A stretch of DNA of 64,000 bases, taken from assembly GCA_951406725.2 (NCBI GenBank), contig OX597817.1:113398001-113462000 (forward strand), given 5' to 3'. Under the pieces are notes generated by a model. That model was not told the DNA's origin and searched no databases. It saw only the letters and a program-made list of their open reading frames with translations. The translations under genes were made by a program, and so were the position numbers. The DNA comes from Octopus vulgaris (taxonomy: Eukaryota). This document shows positions 52,109 to 64,000 of the stretch, in pieces (position 1 is the first letter of the stretch; every line of letters begins with the position of its first letter).

Positions 52109-54855
52109 ATATATATTTCTCCATTTGCTCATGTGTGTATATGTTTGATTATCTCCACTGTCAAAACAGGTTTACTGTCCACTCAGATGTATCAAATTAT
52201 CAATGTCCAAACAGTCATCAATTGTCAAATCCATAGTCCACTTTAATTCATTGTCCCTGGGGTAGGAGCAAATGTAATTAACTGTCCACCCAACACACCA
52301 AAAATTATAGCCTTGTGCCACTTGCAAAATATTATTTGCTCTCAATTTATGATAATTATTAATATATAACATGAAAATAGTTTCAGTTGCTATCCAAGCA
52401 AGTATGTATGCCATCATCATCATCATTTAACGTCCATGTTCCACACTGGCATAGGTTGTACAGTTTGACAGGATCTAATTGGTTGAAGGACTGCATCATG
52501 ATCTACTTTAGTCTGCTTTAGTGTGGTTTCTACAGGTGAATGTCCTTCTTTACAGCAACCACTTTACAACGTGTACTGGGTTTTTATTTTCTTTCTTTTT
52601 CTCTCATGCCATCAGAACTTTTGAGATTGCCATGCAGCTTGCAAGATTATGAACCTAGAGAAAGGTGGTGGATGGAGGGGTAAAGTATGCAAGAAGTGAG
52701 GTAGCAGAGTAGGCTTCTTTTGTAGAAGAGTTGATGGATACTGACTTTCAGTAGAGGAAGGAAATTATATATATATATATATGAGTGAGTGGACCAATGA
52801 AAGAAAGGGGGACTCAAGACATTTATTAGGAGTTACATATACTATTTAATAATGGTTTGATTCAGTTCCATGCAAGAAGGTTCATGGGCTTGTAAAACGA
52901 ACCAAATGCTTCAGGTTTATATGTGTGTGTGTACGTACATACATATGTACATAAAAGAATTGCTATTTTGAATGAGGTAGCATAACAGTTAACCAATGTT
53001 TAGTACATCATATATATCCAAATTCCAACCAAGTATTAAACATAATTTGCTCTCCTGTTTCCTTTTGGTATTATATACATTTGAATTATTAACAGAGTGT
53101 GTGTCCAAAAGCAGAATAAAACAAGAGTATTAGTTTATCTTTTTATTATAACATCATAAATTACATAATCTTTAAATGTGTTTCACTAAGAAATACTAAT
53201 ACGTTGTGTGGTAATTGCTATGTAGACAGTTGCTTACTCACATTGAAATGCCAAGTCTTCAGAAGAACACACTAATTTAATCCATTATTATCATTATAGG
53301 TATGACTATAGGTGCAGGTGTGGCTGCGTGGTTAAGAAGTTTGTTTGTAACCACATGATTTTGGGTTCAGTCCCTCTGTGTAGAATCTTGGGCAAGTGTC
53401 TTCAACTATAGCTCCAAGCTGACCAAAGCCTTGTCTGTAGATTTGGTAGACAGGAACTGAAAGAAGCTCATCATATATAGAGTATGTGTGTGTGTGTTTG
53501 TGAATTTTTGTATGTTTGTATCACTTTGTCTTGATATTGTGTGATAGTTCTAAATCAGTGTCATCCTCATCCATTTCCAGTAATTTGAAAAAACGTTTGA
53601 CCATGGGAAAATATTACCTTACTTGTAAACAGGTTAGGGTTGGTGACAGGGAGGGTATCCAGCCATATAAAATCTGCCTCAGTAAACTCTGTCCAACCCA
53701 GGCAAGCATAGAAAAGTAGACAAAATAATAATGATATATAGATAGATTGATAGATATAGCTACCTTCCTCTGAGAAACATACATAAAATCCCCATACCAT
53801 ATCTTCCACCTGCAATATTACACTCAGCATTTATTACTCCCTAGAGATTTTTATAATGTTCTTCCACTTTATCTGTCTCACTACATCATGCTCATCAGCA
53901 CTTACCATTTTGTTTTGCTAATTGGTAGTCATATTGCTTATGTAACCAAATGTTCATCATAAACATTGAAAACCTTAAAATAGTTAACATGCTTAATAGG
54001 CAGACCTGAAATTGAATCTTCTTTATAATAGTTATTTTTATGCATGTCATGATAATAACAATAATAGTGGTAATAGAGCTCCAGCTCTATTATTATTATC
54101 ATCATCATCATCATCATCCTCATCATCATCATCATCATCATCATTATTATTATTATCATCATCATGACATGCATAAAAATAACTTGATGTTTGATATGTC
54201 AGTGTCTTCTACCTGAAAATGATAGTGTAGCTACATGGAATTTTTGCATCACTGTGAATAATATGATAACATAGTATTCACAAGAGTGCAAGTAAACTAA
54301 CAGAACTTCTTTTTCCCTTTTTCTGAGGATATTTCTGAGATCTGACAGCAGAAAAGGGTAGATGGTTTTCATTAAGATCTCTTTATGCTATAACTCTCCA
54401 ATTTGTTCCAAACTGAACAGAGCTATACAACAACATAAAGACTAAACAAAACAAGGATGCTATTATGCTAGAAATAGCAGCTCAGTTTCCCCTCAAACCC
54501 CTATTAAAACACAAAGAACATGTCAGATAATGTAGTCCTAGGAACACTAACTGCAAAAAAGACAGTTGGCCATTGCTGGGACCAAATAACTACAAATATT
54601 TATATCATTACATAAACTGGATGGTGGGTATTTATCTTAATGAGTTTTTTAGTCACTGTTAAAAGCCTTATCTTACTGTAATGTATTAGAAGTAAATCAG
54701 CATTATGGCACCCATCTACAGCTTTGTTATTGGCTATAATTAAAAATGAGAAAAGGAAGGGAAAATTGCTCAACCAGTAACCAAAAGTGGTATGTTGACA
54801 AGAGCTTTGTCTTAGACATGTCGTTTATCTATCAACATAATACAGACAAGTTTAA

Positions 54856-55075
54856 CCCTTTAGTGTTCAGATTACTCTGTTAAATGTAATACTTTTCCAC
54901 TCAAATTGTTTTGAATTAATCATGCATTATCTTATAGCTTTGAGGTTTCAATGATGTGATTGTTTATATTTAGAATGACATTGTCGGGTAGGTGTGAGAG
55001 GCTAGATATTGCCAGTTTGAATATAAAACATGTAGAATATCTGGGCCAGATATGGCCGGTTTAAACACTAAAGGG
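54856..55075. mobile_element. piggyBac-like MITE
   Basis: TTAA|ccctttagtgtt ... aacactaaaggg|TTAA; related copies near 11620, 19855, 39010, 61118. Confidence 0.85.
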
Positions 55076-55818
55076 TTAAAGGTGTTATTGTCAAATACAC
55101 TCAACTTGTATGTCCCATCTGGTGATTGATTATGCATGCTACGCTTAGGTATACCTAAAGATCGCATGTATAGTATGACATCATGTGATACCTAATACAG
55201 AGACATGTAACAAGAAATACCAAGTTACTTTCATTATTGATGTACTCTTTATATTATGGTATAACCCTCTTTGAACTGCACAGGACCTCATGTGATCACA
55301 CTATGTTAGGAGTTAACAAGAGCCAAAACCTGAACAATAAAATTGTTGTGCACTGGATGCATCCATTGATACTATGTATATATGTATGTATATATTCTTT
55401 TATTGGTTTCTGTCATTGGATTGTGGCCATGTTGTATTAACATGGCTTACCACCTTCTAGTGTTTTAGTAAATGATATCAAGCCCAGGCTTTTTTTTTTA
55501 AAGTCTAATATTTATTTTAACAATCCTTATCAATCAAACTGCTAACTTACAAGATGTAAATTTAGACACAGACATGTGTGTCTATGTGTATGATGGACTT
55601 CCATGCAGTTTCTGCCAACCAAATTTCATTCATAAAGTGTTGGTTGACAGAAGCCTATAACAGAGAACACTCATCCTCAATGCCCCCACAGTGTGACGAA
55701 ACCTGAAGCCATGTGGTTTCAAAATGGACTTCTTAACCGCAAAACCATGCCTATATATATATATATATCCAACCCTTGCCAGTATAGAAAACAGATATTC
55801 TAAATGATATGTATAGTA

Positions 55819-55874
55819 CAGTGGTTCCCAACCCTTTTATTTGTTTTCCCATGGACCCCTTTTAATATGCTTAT

Positions 55875-55917
<43 letters not shown>

Positions 55918-55968
55918 GTTCAGCAACCCCCCAGTACTATCTTTGCAGACCCCAGTTGGGAAGCACTG
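55819..55968. mobile_element. hAT (Charlie-like) MITE
   Basis: cagtggttcccaac / gttgggaagcactg; imperfect 8-bp TSD gtatagta / gtataggt; similar relic near 16249-16403. Confidence 0.7.
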
Positions 55969-57207
55969 GTATAGGTTGTCACTTGGGTTATGAGTGTTCT
56001 AATAAAAAAAATAATCCAAATTGGTTAAATGGGGTAACAACCGTATCTAACCAATCTAGACTGTTTTTTAAATATGTAATTATGCATAGAATATATAATA
56101 CAAGTTTTAACATGTTTCTTTCTAAATTCACCTTTATTGATTCAGTCACAATCTATAACAGTTTATTGAAATAATGATTTCTTACCTTGCTACAAAGTAA
56201 CTCTATACTGGGGAATAATGATGCAATGGAGTGAATTGATACTACTGTTACATATTGAAACCTCTGAGGGAGGCTCTGCTTCATTACTCTACCTGCTATA
56301 AAAGCAGCCAAATCTTCCTTAAATTATGCCCTACTATTCTAATAAAAGGGAAGACACATCAAATGTGGTTCTGTGTTAAGAAGGGAAAAAAATGGAATGG
56401 TCATGGTCAGAGCCCCTTTGATCATAGGTTGGCTTGATCAGAACTAGTTTGGGACCAAACATCCAGAGCCCTGATGTCGAAGTTGTGTCATTGGTTTGTC
56501 TTCACTGTGTTACTGTCATATACACTTTTCTGATGTTTCATGGGAATTGTTTAAATAGCATTTCATTCATTGGTAGTATATCACCATACCGCAATATTTG
56601 AATAATGTTTTTAAAACCCATTTGTTGCTAGATTTATTTGTACACAGTCTCTTTCAAACAAACATTTCCAATTCGAAACTATTAACATTACGATGCATAG
56701 GACCAGATTTTATCAGGAGAAATTTGGAAATACAATTTTAAATTTTCCATTCCAAATTATCTAAATCAGAGATGGTGATCTTTTTAAGCCTCCATTGGAA
56801 TAAAAGGCAAGGTTGACTCCAGTGTGATTTGAATTCAGTCTATAAGACAAAACTATCATTTCAAGTCAAAGGAAAGTTGTTTTGTTTTGTTTTGTTTTTT
56901 GAAAAAACAGTTCAACTTATCATTTTATTTCAGTGGTCATAAGTGCATGAAATTCTGCATTACAGAATTTAATATCATACTTATTGTGGAAAGGCTTATT
57001 TCAGTCACAACATGTAGTAGAAAATGTTGGTTAATAAATCAGATTTATAAAGAATCCATTGACTTAGCTTCCTGGATTGTCTGATTATTTGTGATTTCTA
57101 TTTTATGGAGTGAATTGATTAAATAATAGTGTTGTTCATTCATGTATTAAGATGATTTAGGTCAGTGATGACAAATCTATAATACATTTGTCAGCATGTG
57201 TTATAGA

Positions 57208-57622
57208 CTTTACTCTTTACTCTTTTACTTGTTTCAGTCATTTGACTGCGGCCATGCTGGAGCACCACCTTTAGTCGAGCAAATCGACCCCGGGACTTAT
57301 TCTTTGTAAGCCCAGTACTTATTCTATCGGTCTCTTTTGTCGAACCGCTAAGTGACGGGGACGTAAACACACCAGCATCGGTTGTCAAGCAATGCTAGGG
57401 GGGCAAACACAGACGCACAAACACACACACACATACATATACATATATATACATATATACGACAGGCTTCTTTCAGTTTCCGTCTACCAAATCCACTCAC
57501 AAGGCATTGGTCGGCCCGGGGCTATAGCAGAAGACACTTGCCCAAGATGCCACGCAGTGGGACTGAACCCGGAACCATGTGGCTGGTTAGCAAGCTACTT
57601 ACCACACAGCCACTCCTGCGCC
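57208..57622 (-). mobile_element. Young composite SINE, inverted relative to 50630
   Basis: Reverse complement of 50630-51030 with few differences. Confidence 0.9.
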
Positions 57623-59588
57623 TATATAATTATTTCCCTGCTGAATTATATTATAAAAAGCTTATTTATAAGCATTTACCGAAAACTAAAATACATCTGA
57701 GACATCAATAGTGGGATTATCAAAGAAATAAATATTTTGACAAGCTGGACTAAAAAGATCCGCGTCACTGATTTAGACAATTTGGAAAAGGAAATTTAAT
57801 ATTTCCTAATCTATCATGAAAAAAATTTGGTCCCATACATTGTGGTGATAATTGTTTCAATGGAAAATGTCTGTTTTAAAGACAGGCTATGTACAAATAA
57901 ATTGAGTTACAAATATATGTTAAAAACATTATTCATCTGTAAGAATCAATTGTTGTGTTGGATGAAATGCTATTTAAACAATTCCCATAAAACATCAGTA
58001 ATGTTTATATGGTAGTGATATAGCAAAGACAAACCAATGAGAGAGCCCTTACACCATTGCATGAAATAGCATCCAAATTCTCCTTAATTCACACCCACTG
58101 TCCTGAAAAATAGAAGGCTGCTTTAGATAATGTTTGTGATACATTGTTCCTAGAAAATAAAAGCTGGATGGTTATGACTTGAATGATTTTGATCAAAGGT
58201 CTGCTGAATCAGGGCTGACTGGGCTGAATTTCAACAATATGTGGAAGAAGTTCTAAGATAAAGTACTGACAGTATTAAAATGTATTATTATATTAAACTC
58301 CTATCAAAATATCAAAATAATGTGAATGATATCATAGGATTTCAGCTGATCAACACCATTGTGATATTCTAATGTATAACGGTACAGATGTTTTATTAAA
58401 CCCTTCCAAAACTTTGTGTATATTGAAATTTAACTGAAAGATATTACTAGTTTACTCTTTAGAAATATAGCCATGAAAGGGTCAAGTTACACTCCACACA
58501 TTAAATGGTGCAAGTTGGTAAATACACGAAAATATTAAGATTTACAGATCAATCCCATTATTTCAATATGGTAGTTGAAAAGTTATTCCCTTTCTCCATT
58601 AAATCACCCACATAAGTCATTCTCTGAAAATAACAATAATAATATTGTTTTCTGATATATGTACAAAAGTAAAAATATTAAAAGAAGAGCATACACTTGA
58701 TTACATTGACCTGATTATCAATCTCCAGGTGGATGAAAGGTAAATTTAACCTTGAGCAAGATTTAAACTTAGAATGTAAAATGATACAATTAAAACTGGT
58801 TGAGCAACACTTATTCTACTAATCCTTTAGTAACAATGATAATGATTTTTAACATAGGTACAAGGCCAGCAAATTTAGGTGGAGGGGTTAGTCAATTGTA
58901 ACAACTCCAGTACATGACCAGGGTTTCTTTTACTGATCCTGGGATGAATGGCAAAAGCTAACCTCAGCAGGATTTGAGCAGAGAACATAAATATTTCAAA
59001 CTAAATGCTGCAAGTCATATTGTCCAACACTTTAAAGATTTTGCTAACCCACTGCTGTAAAAATGATAATAATTATTTCTGATTTAAGCCAGCAAAGTTG
59101 TGAGGATGAACTACCATCAACTACCTTGACTGGTACTTTATTTTATCAACCCCAGAGAAATGAAAGAGGAAGTTGATAATAATAAAAATAAATTTTGAAA
59201 TTTTGGTGCAAGACCAAAAATTTCGGAGGAAGGGTTAAGTCAATTCATCTGCCCCAGTGCTCAACTGGTACTTATTTTATTGACTCCAAAAGGATGAAAG
59301 GCCAGATCGACCTCAGTGGAATTTGTATTCAGAATATAAAGGCAGATGAAATGCTGCTAAGCATTTTGCCCAGTGTGCTAATGATTATGCCAGCTCACCT
59401 CTTTATTAATAATAATAACGATGATGATTTCTTTCATAAATATCACATCAGTGTTTTCTCTAAATGCATGAAACTTTCCGTTTCTCCACTCTCCTAATAT
59501 ATTTAAGACTTCAAATTATTATAATTTTATTGGATTTTTTTTTCACATGCTTACTGTCACTCTCTCTTTTTCCTTTTTATTCCTACAG

Positions 59589-59666
59589 AATATATCTCAC
59601 AAATTTATGGTTGCAGTTCTAATTGAATATATCCGATCCTTGAATGAGCATCAAATAAATGTCCAG
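59589..59666 (+). CDS. RMC1: RMC1 coding exon (Mic1 domain)
   Basis: ttcctacag| ... CAG|gtatac, 78 nt phase 0; NISHKFMVAVLIEYIRSLNEHQINVQ (human PHKFVIAVLMEYIRSLNQFQIAVQ). Confidence 0.93.
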
Positions 59667-60244
59667 GTATACTCAACATTTTATACTACTTTTTCTGTCT
59701 ATTACATTTTGTACATAAGCAGGAAGCAACTCTTCTGTTGTAGCTGTGTACCTTCAGTATTTGCATGGGTTGATTGTATTCTGACCCTCATCAGCAAAAC
59801 AAAACTGACACTGTATTTGGCTAAGTAGTGAAGAAATTGTCTTTTTCTTTCATTGTCATCATCTTCATTTAACATCCAGTTTCCATGCAGGCCTGGGTTG
59901 GATAGCATGACAACAACTGGTAAGGCCAGGGTCCACACCAGGTTCCTTTGTCCGTTTTGGCTTGGTTTCTGTTGGATACCCTTCCTAACACCAACCACTC
60001 CACAGAGTGAACTGGGTGCTTTTTATGTGGCACCATCACCAGTGTCTTTTAAATGGTACCAGAACCAGTGCTCCACATCCTTATTTCTAATCAGCTTTGT
60101 AATACTCCCTACATTAAATATGTTAACACTAATTATTATATTTCATGCAAATGACATTAGTGGATTACTTATTTCCACTTCAATATTGCTTTCCTATTTG
60201 TCTGTCCTTACATTGTTTTGTTGTTTTTTTTTCGTCTCTTTCAG

Positions 60245-60349
60245 CACTATCTATATGAACTTGTTATTAACATATTGGTCAATCACAATTGTTTCTACCA
60301 ATTGCACCAGTTTTTACAGTACCATGTCCTCACAGATTCCAAACCTTTA
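60245..60349 (+). CDS. RMC1: RMC1 coding exon (Mic1 domain); later exons not found in window
   Basis: ctctttcag| ... TTA|gtaagt, 105 nt phase 0; HYLYELVINILVNHNCFYQLHQFLQYHVLTDSKPL (human HYLHELVIKTLVQHNLFYMLHQFLQYHVLSDSKPL). Confidence 0.95.
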
Positions 60350-60393
60350 GTAAGTGAATACCTATTTTCTCTCTCTCTTCCCTCTCCCTCCCT

Positions 60394-60424
<31 letters not shown>

Positions 60425-61949
60425 ATATTTTACTGTTTCTTTGCTTTGATATGAGCTTAATACAGTTTCTGTCTTCCAGATTCACTCACAAGGCATGGGA
60501 TAGCTAGTTGACCTAGGACAATAGTAGATGACATTTGCCCAGGGTGCCACACAGTAAGACTGAATTCAAAGCAATATGGTTGTGGTGTAAACTTTTTAAC
60601 CATAAAATCATATCTGCACCCGCCATCTTAAAAAAACTGAGAAAGACGTGACTAAGGACCGATATATCCAGTACACTGTTGTACTCAAGAAGATACGTGG
60701 GGTGGTTGGCATTAGGAAGGGCATCCAGCTGTAGAAACCATGTCAGAACAGACAATGGAGACTGGTGTGGCCTCAGGCCTTACCAGCTCTGGTCATACCA
60801 TCCAACCCATGCCAGCATAGAAAACAGATGTTAATACTGTTGCTGATGATGATAAATCCTAGATACATTGTGTCTGAATTCAAGACTGGAAACTGTTGAT
60901 CATATATTTGCTTTATCAGGGCTGACTTGTGACTAAACAGCAGATGCAATAACAGACAAGGTTAAGCTGAGCCATCTGTCATATCAGTGTAAACCTGAGG
61001 TCTGAAACTTATAGCTGCTAAATCAATTGTTTTGTAATTACTCTCAGGAGGAATTGGTTTTAATGGTACCCTTTTAAAAACTCTTGTAGTGTATTGTCAT
61101 ATTATTATTGTTTACCTTAACCCTTTATCATTCAAACCAGCCATATCTGGTCAAAATATTCTACTTGTTTTATGGTCAAACTGACCAGATCTGGCCTATC
61201 ACACTTACCCTATGTCATTCTAAGAAATAAATGCTCACATCTTCAAAATCTCAAAGCTACAAGATAATGTATAATTTATTCAAAACAAAGTGAATAAATA
61301 AGTATTATATTTGAGAGAAAAACCCGAATGCTAAAGGGTCAAGTCAACCTTGATCCAGGAGGCTAACAATAAAATGCATTCCAGCTGCAACTATTTCATC
61401 ATTTTCTTTTCACTCATAATTTATCACAGCATTATCCAACATCCTTTTTCCTTTTTTAAACGGTAAGGTTTCATTTGAGGGAGATGCAGGTTCTATTTCT
61501 AGTAGATCAAGTGACTAGCGGCTGTGTTATTGGCTTGTGTGTCATGTTCTATAGGGAAGACATCATTAGTTTATAGAACCAACTGGTTCTATAAACTGAC
61601 CACTGTATTTTGTTATTTACAAGATGATAGATCATTCTTCTTGACTCTAACTTCTGTCTCATTATGTTACCATTTTAATTAATCAAATTATACCAAAAAT
61701 TATTCATAACACTTTTCTCTGTACATAAAAGTCTTTATCAACTAATTGGGCAGGCTTGTGTAGGCTATACTATGCTGATGGGGTCTTATAGTTTGAAACA
61801 TGTCCATAGTTGTCCCTTACCAGCAAACAAAGATCATACTTCCTACAAAGCATGTAAATTAACTTTGAAAATTATCTCCACTTAGAGACTTTTTGCATAT
61901 AGTGCTCAGTATATGATCACTTAACTTATTTGTAGCCCTGTATCAGTTG

Positions 61950-62120
61950 TTGTTGTTTAACCCCAAGTCAGCTCGGATCCAGCAGACCTTTAATCAAGTC
62001 ATTCCACCTTTGACTATCTAGTCATTTATTTAGATATAGAATATCTTGGACTAAATGTTTTTCTTTTCATGCAGAACAATAGGTTATGATTTGAAGAAGA
62101 TTTAGCTGCTATTTTCCCTT
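61950..62120 (+). repeat. Old dispersed ~200-bp repeat family (representative copy)
   Basis: gttgtttaacccc..gtcagc..cagacct..tcaa..cattcca...gatttgaag..gattt.gctgctatt; copies near 6205, 14070, 21930, 27490 (+) and 33780, 34480, 38140, 56270, 58040 (-). Confidence 0.7.
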
Positions 62121-63426
62121 CATTGGAACCAAATTTATATAGGTACCACATGGTAGTATACAAAGTCTGATCAATAAATATCTGGACTGTTGCCATAGTA
62201 ACGAAGCTAAAGCATGCAGAGTGAAACTTCTTGTCAAAGTTTGATCTTGAACTCTGCTGTGCATGAGCACTAAGTTTTAACATTGCAGGTCACTTCTGCT
62301 GTTTACAGCAATGCTGGGAAGGAAGGTGTGTAGGGCCTGTTTGTCACATTGACCATGACAGAGAAAGTTGTCATGGCAATAGTTCTCTTTTACTTGTAAT
62401 AGAATCATTATACAATTGATTAGTGGTTTCTTAGTTTACAACATTGAAGCTTGACTCTTTTTTTGTAGACATAGAGAGAGCAATAAGAAACTATTCCAGT
62501 GTGTTATTTATTCCCTTGGAGCACTACAAGAAGACAGTGTTCAATAGTGTCACAAAGTTAGAGGACTAACTATTACCATTGTTGTGTCTGTTGATTTATG
62601 GATATTTTAATAATATCCATATTTAATAATGAGATTTTTAACTAAAAAACTGTCTGGTGGTTATCATGTAAAACAGTAAAACACAAAAGTATTAATTATG
62701 TATTACATGAAGATTCTTTATCACTATTTCAGGCTTGTCTAATGCTGTCACTTGAAAGTGTTTATACTCCGGCTCACCAGTTGGCGCTAGATATGATGAA
62801 GGTAAGAATTCTGACTGGATATTCATTCGCATTTTCTTTGATGTGTCTACACACACATGTGTATAAGTATTGCTGCATTCACTATATCCAGCTTTAGCGT
62901 CATCTCTAATCATTTGTCATTCTCCTTTCACACCGTTATGAAATTACCCACTCTTTCCTTTCTTCTTGATTCACTGCCTCTATACTCCCTTATACTTACC
63001 TTCATGTACCTTGAAAGTGGCACCCTGTCACCACCATCTTTATCTCTCTTCAGCTACTCTCACCCCACTTTATAATGTGGATTAGCCATGTATCTCCTCT
63101 ATAGCAAAGCACTTCTACTTGTCACTATATCATATTTTAGCCTTCAATACCTGGCATAAAGCCACCTCCCTTTTTCCTAAATACACTCCACTCAGTTGAG
63201 GGGGCTTTTTCTTTTCCTTTGTTTTCTTTCTCTTGCAATTTGCTTGGCAAACTCATTAGTGCAAGTGTTACAAAAATAAACACCCATTACACATGGTAAA
63301 ATGGATGACATCCAGCCATAGAAACCATTCCAAAGCAGACACTAAGACCAGACATAGTTCATTGGATCTTGTCAAACCGTCAACATGAAATATTGAGATT
63401 TAATGATGATGGTGATGATGTATATA

Positions 63427-63804
63427 TACTCTTTTACTTGTTTCGGTCATTTGACTGCGGCCATGCTGGAGCATATCGACCCCTAGACTTATTCTTTGTA
63501 AGCCCAGTACTTATGCTGTCGGTCTATTTTGCTGAACCGCTAAGTGACGGCGACGTAAACACACCAGCATCGGTTGTCAAGCAATGGTAGGGGGACAAAC
63601 ACAGACACACAAACATACACACACATATATATACATATATACGACGGGCTTCTTTCAGTTTCTGTCTACCAAATCCACTCACAAGGCTTTGGTCGGCCCA
63701 ATGCTATAGTAGAAGACAATTGATCAAGATGCCACGCAGTGGGACTGAACCCGGAACCATGTGGTTGGTAAGCAAGCTACTTACCACACAGCCACTCCTG
63801 CGCC
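63427..63804 (-). mobile_element. Composite SINE of the same family
   Basis: Homologous to 57208-57622 with a small deletion. Confidence 0.88.
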
Positions 63805-64000
63805 TATATATATATATATATATGTATATGTAAGAAATGAAAAAAGGAAAATACGCACACTTACATAGTTTTAATATAATTTTTAATATATCGACCCGTT
63901 TAGCTATCGCTTTTCATGATATCATGTTTTACTTATTTGAATATATATTTTTTCTTTAGAAGAAATTTTGTTCATGTATTGTGTGATGAAATTCACTTGT

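Noticed and set aside
53906-54212. Possible - strand exon (ttttcag ... ATG|gtaagt) containing an (ATG)n repeat
   Set aside because: Weak polypyrimidine tract, no meaningful peptide; splice-like motifs can occur by chance
62692-63075. 73-aa and 72-aa ORFs
   Set aside because: No match to the expected next RMC1 exon (ACLLLSLE-like) or any family I recognise

Overview
AT-rich, repeat-dense eukaryotic DNA. The microsatellite load and SINE/RTE families suggest a cephalopod, probably Octopus (inference). Five + strand exons encode part of RMC1/C18orf8 (Mic1). Its ~45-kb intron (14593-59588) hosts an antisense TMEM121/CECR6-family gene with its whole ORF in one exon, a CpG-retaining promoter-like domain and many transposons. 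The most notable object is a near-intact ~5.2-kb RTE-clade LINE (42034-47249, - strand). Its APE-RT frame is broken only by one in-frame stop and carries a C4HC3 PHD-like finger inside the RT. Its 5' end is a higher-order array of near-identical 86-bp monomers with YY1-like and GAGA motifs. Also present: a mellifera-type mariner, an R4/Dong LINE relic, a CR1-like fragment, a second flatworm-like RTE fragment with TSD, Helitron/Helentron-type elements, several MITEs, tandem duplications and perfect hairpins. All homology calls come from recalled motifs; no searches were run.
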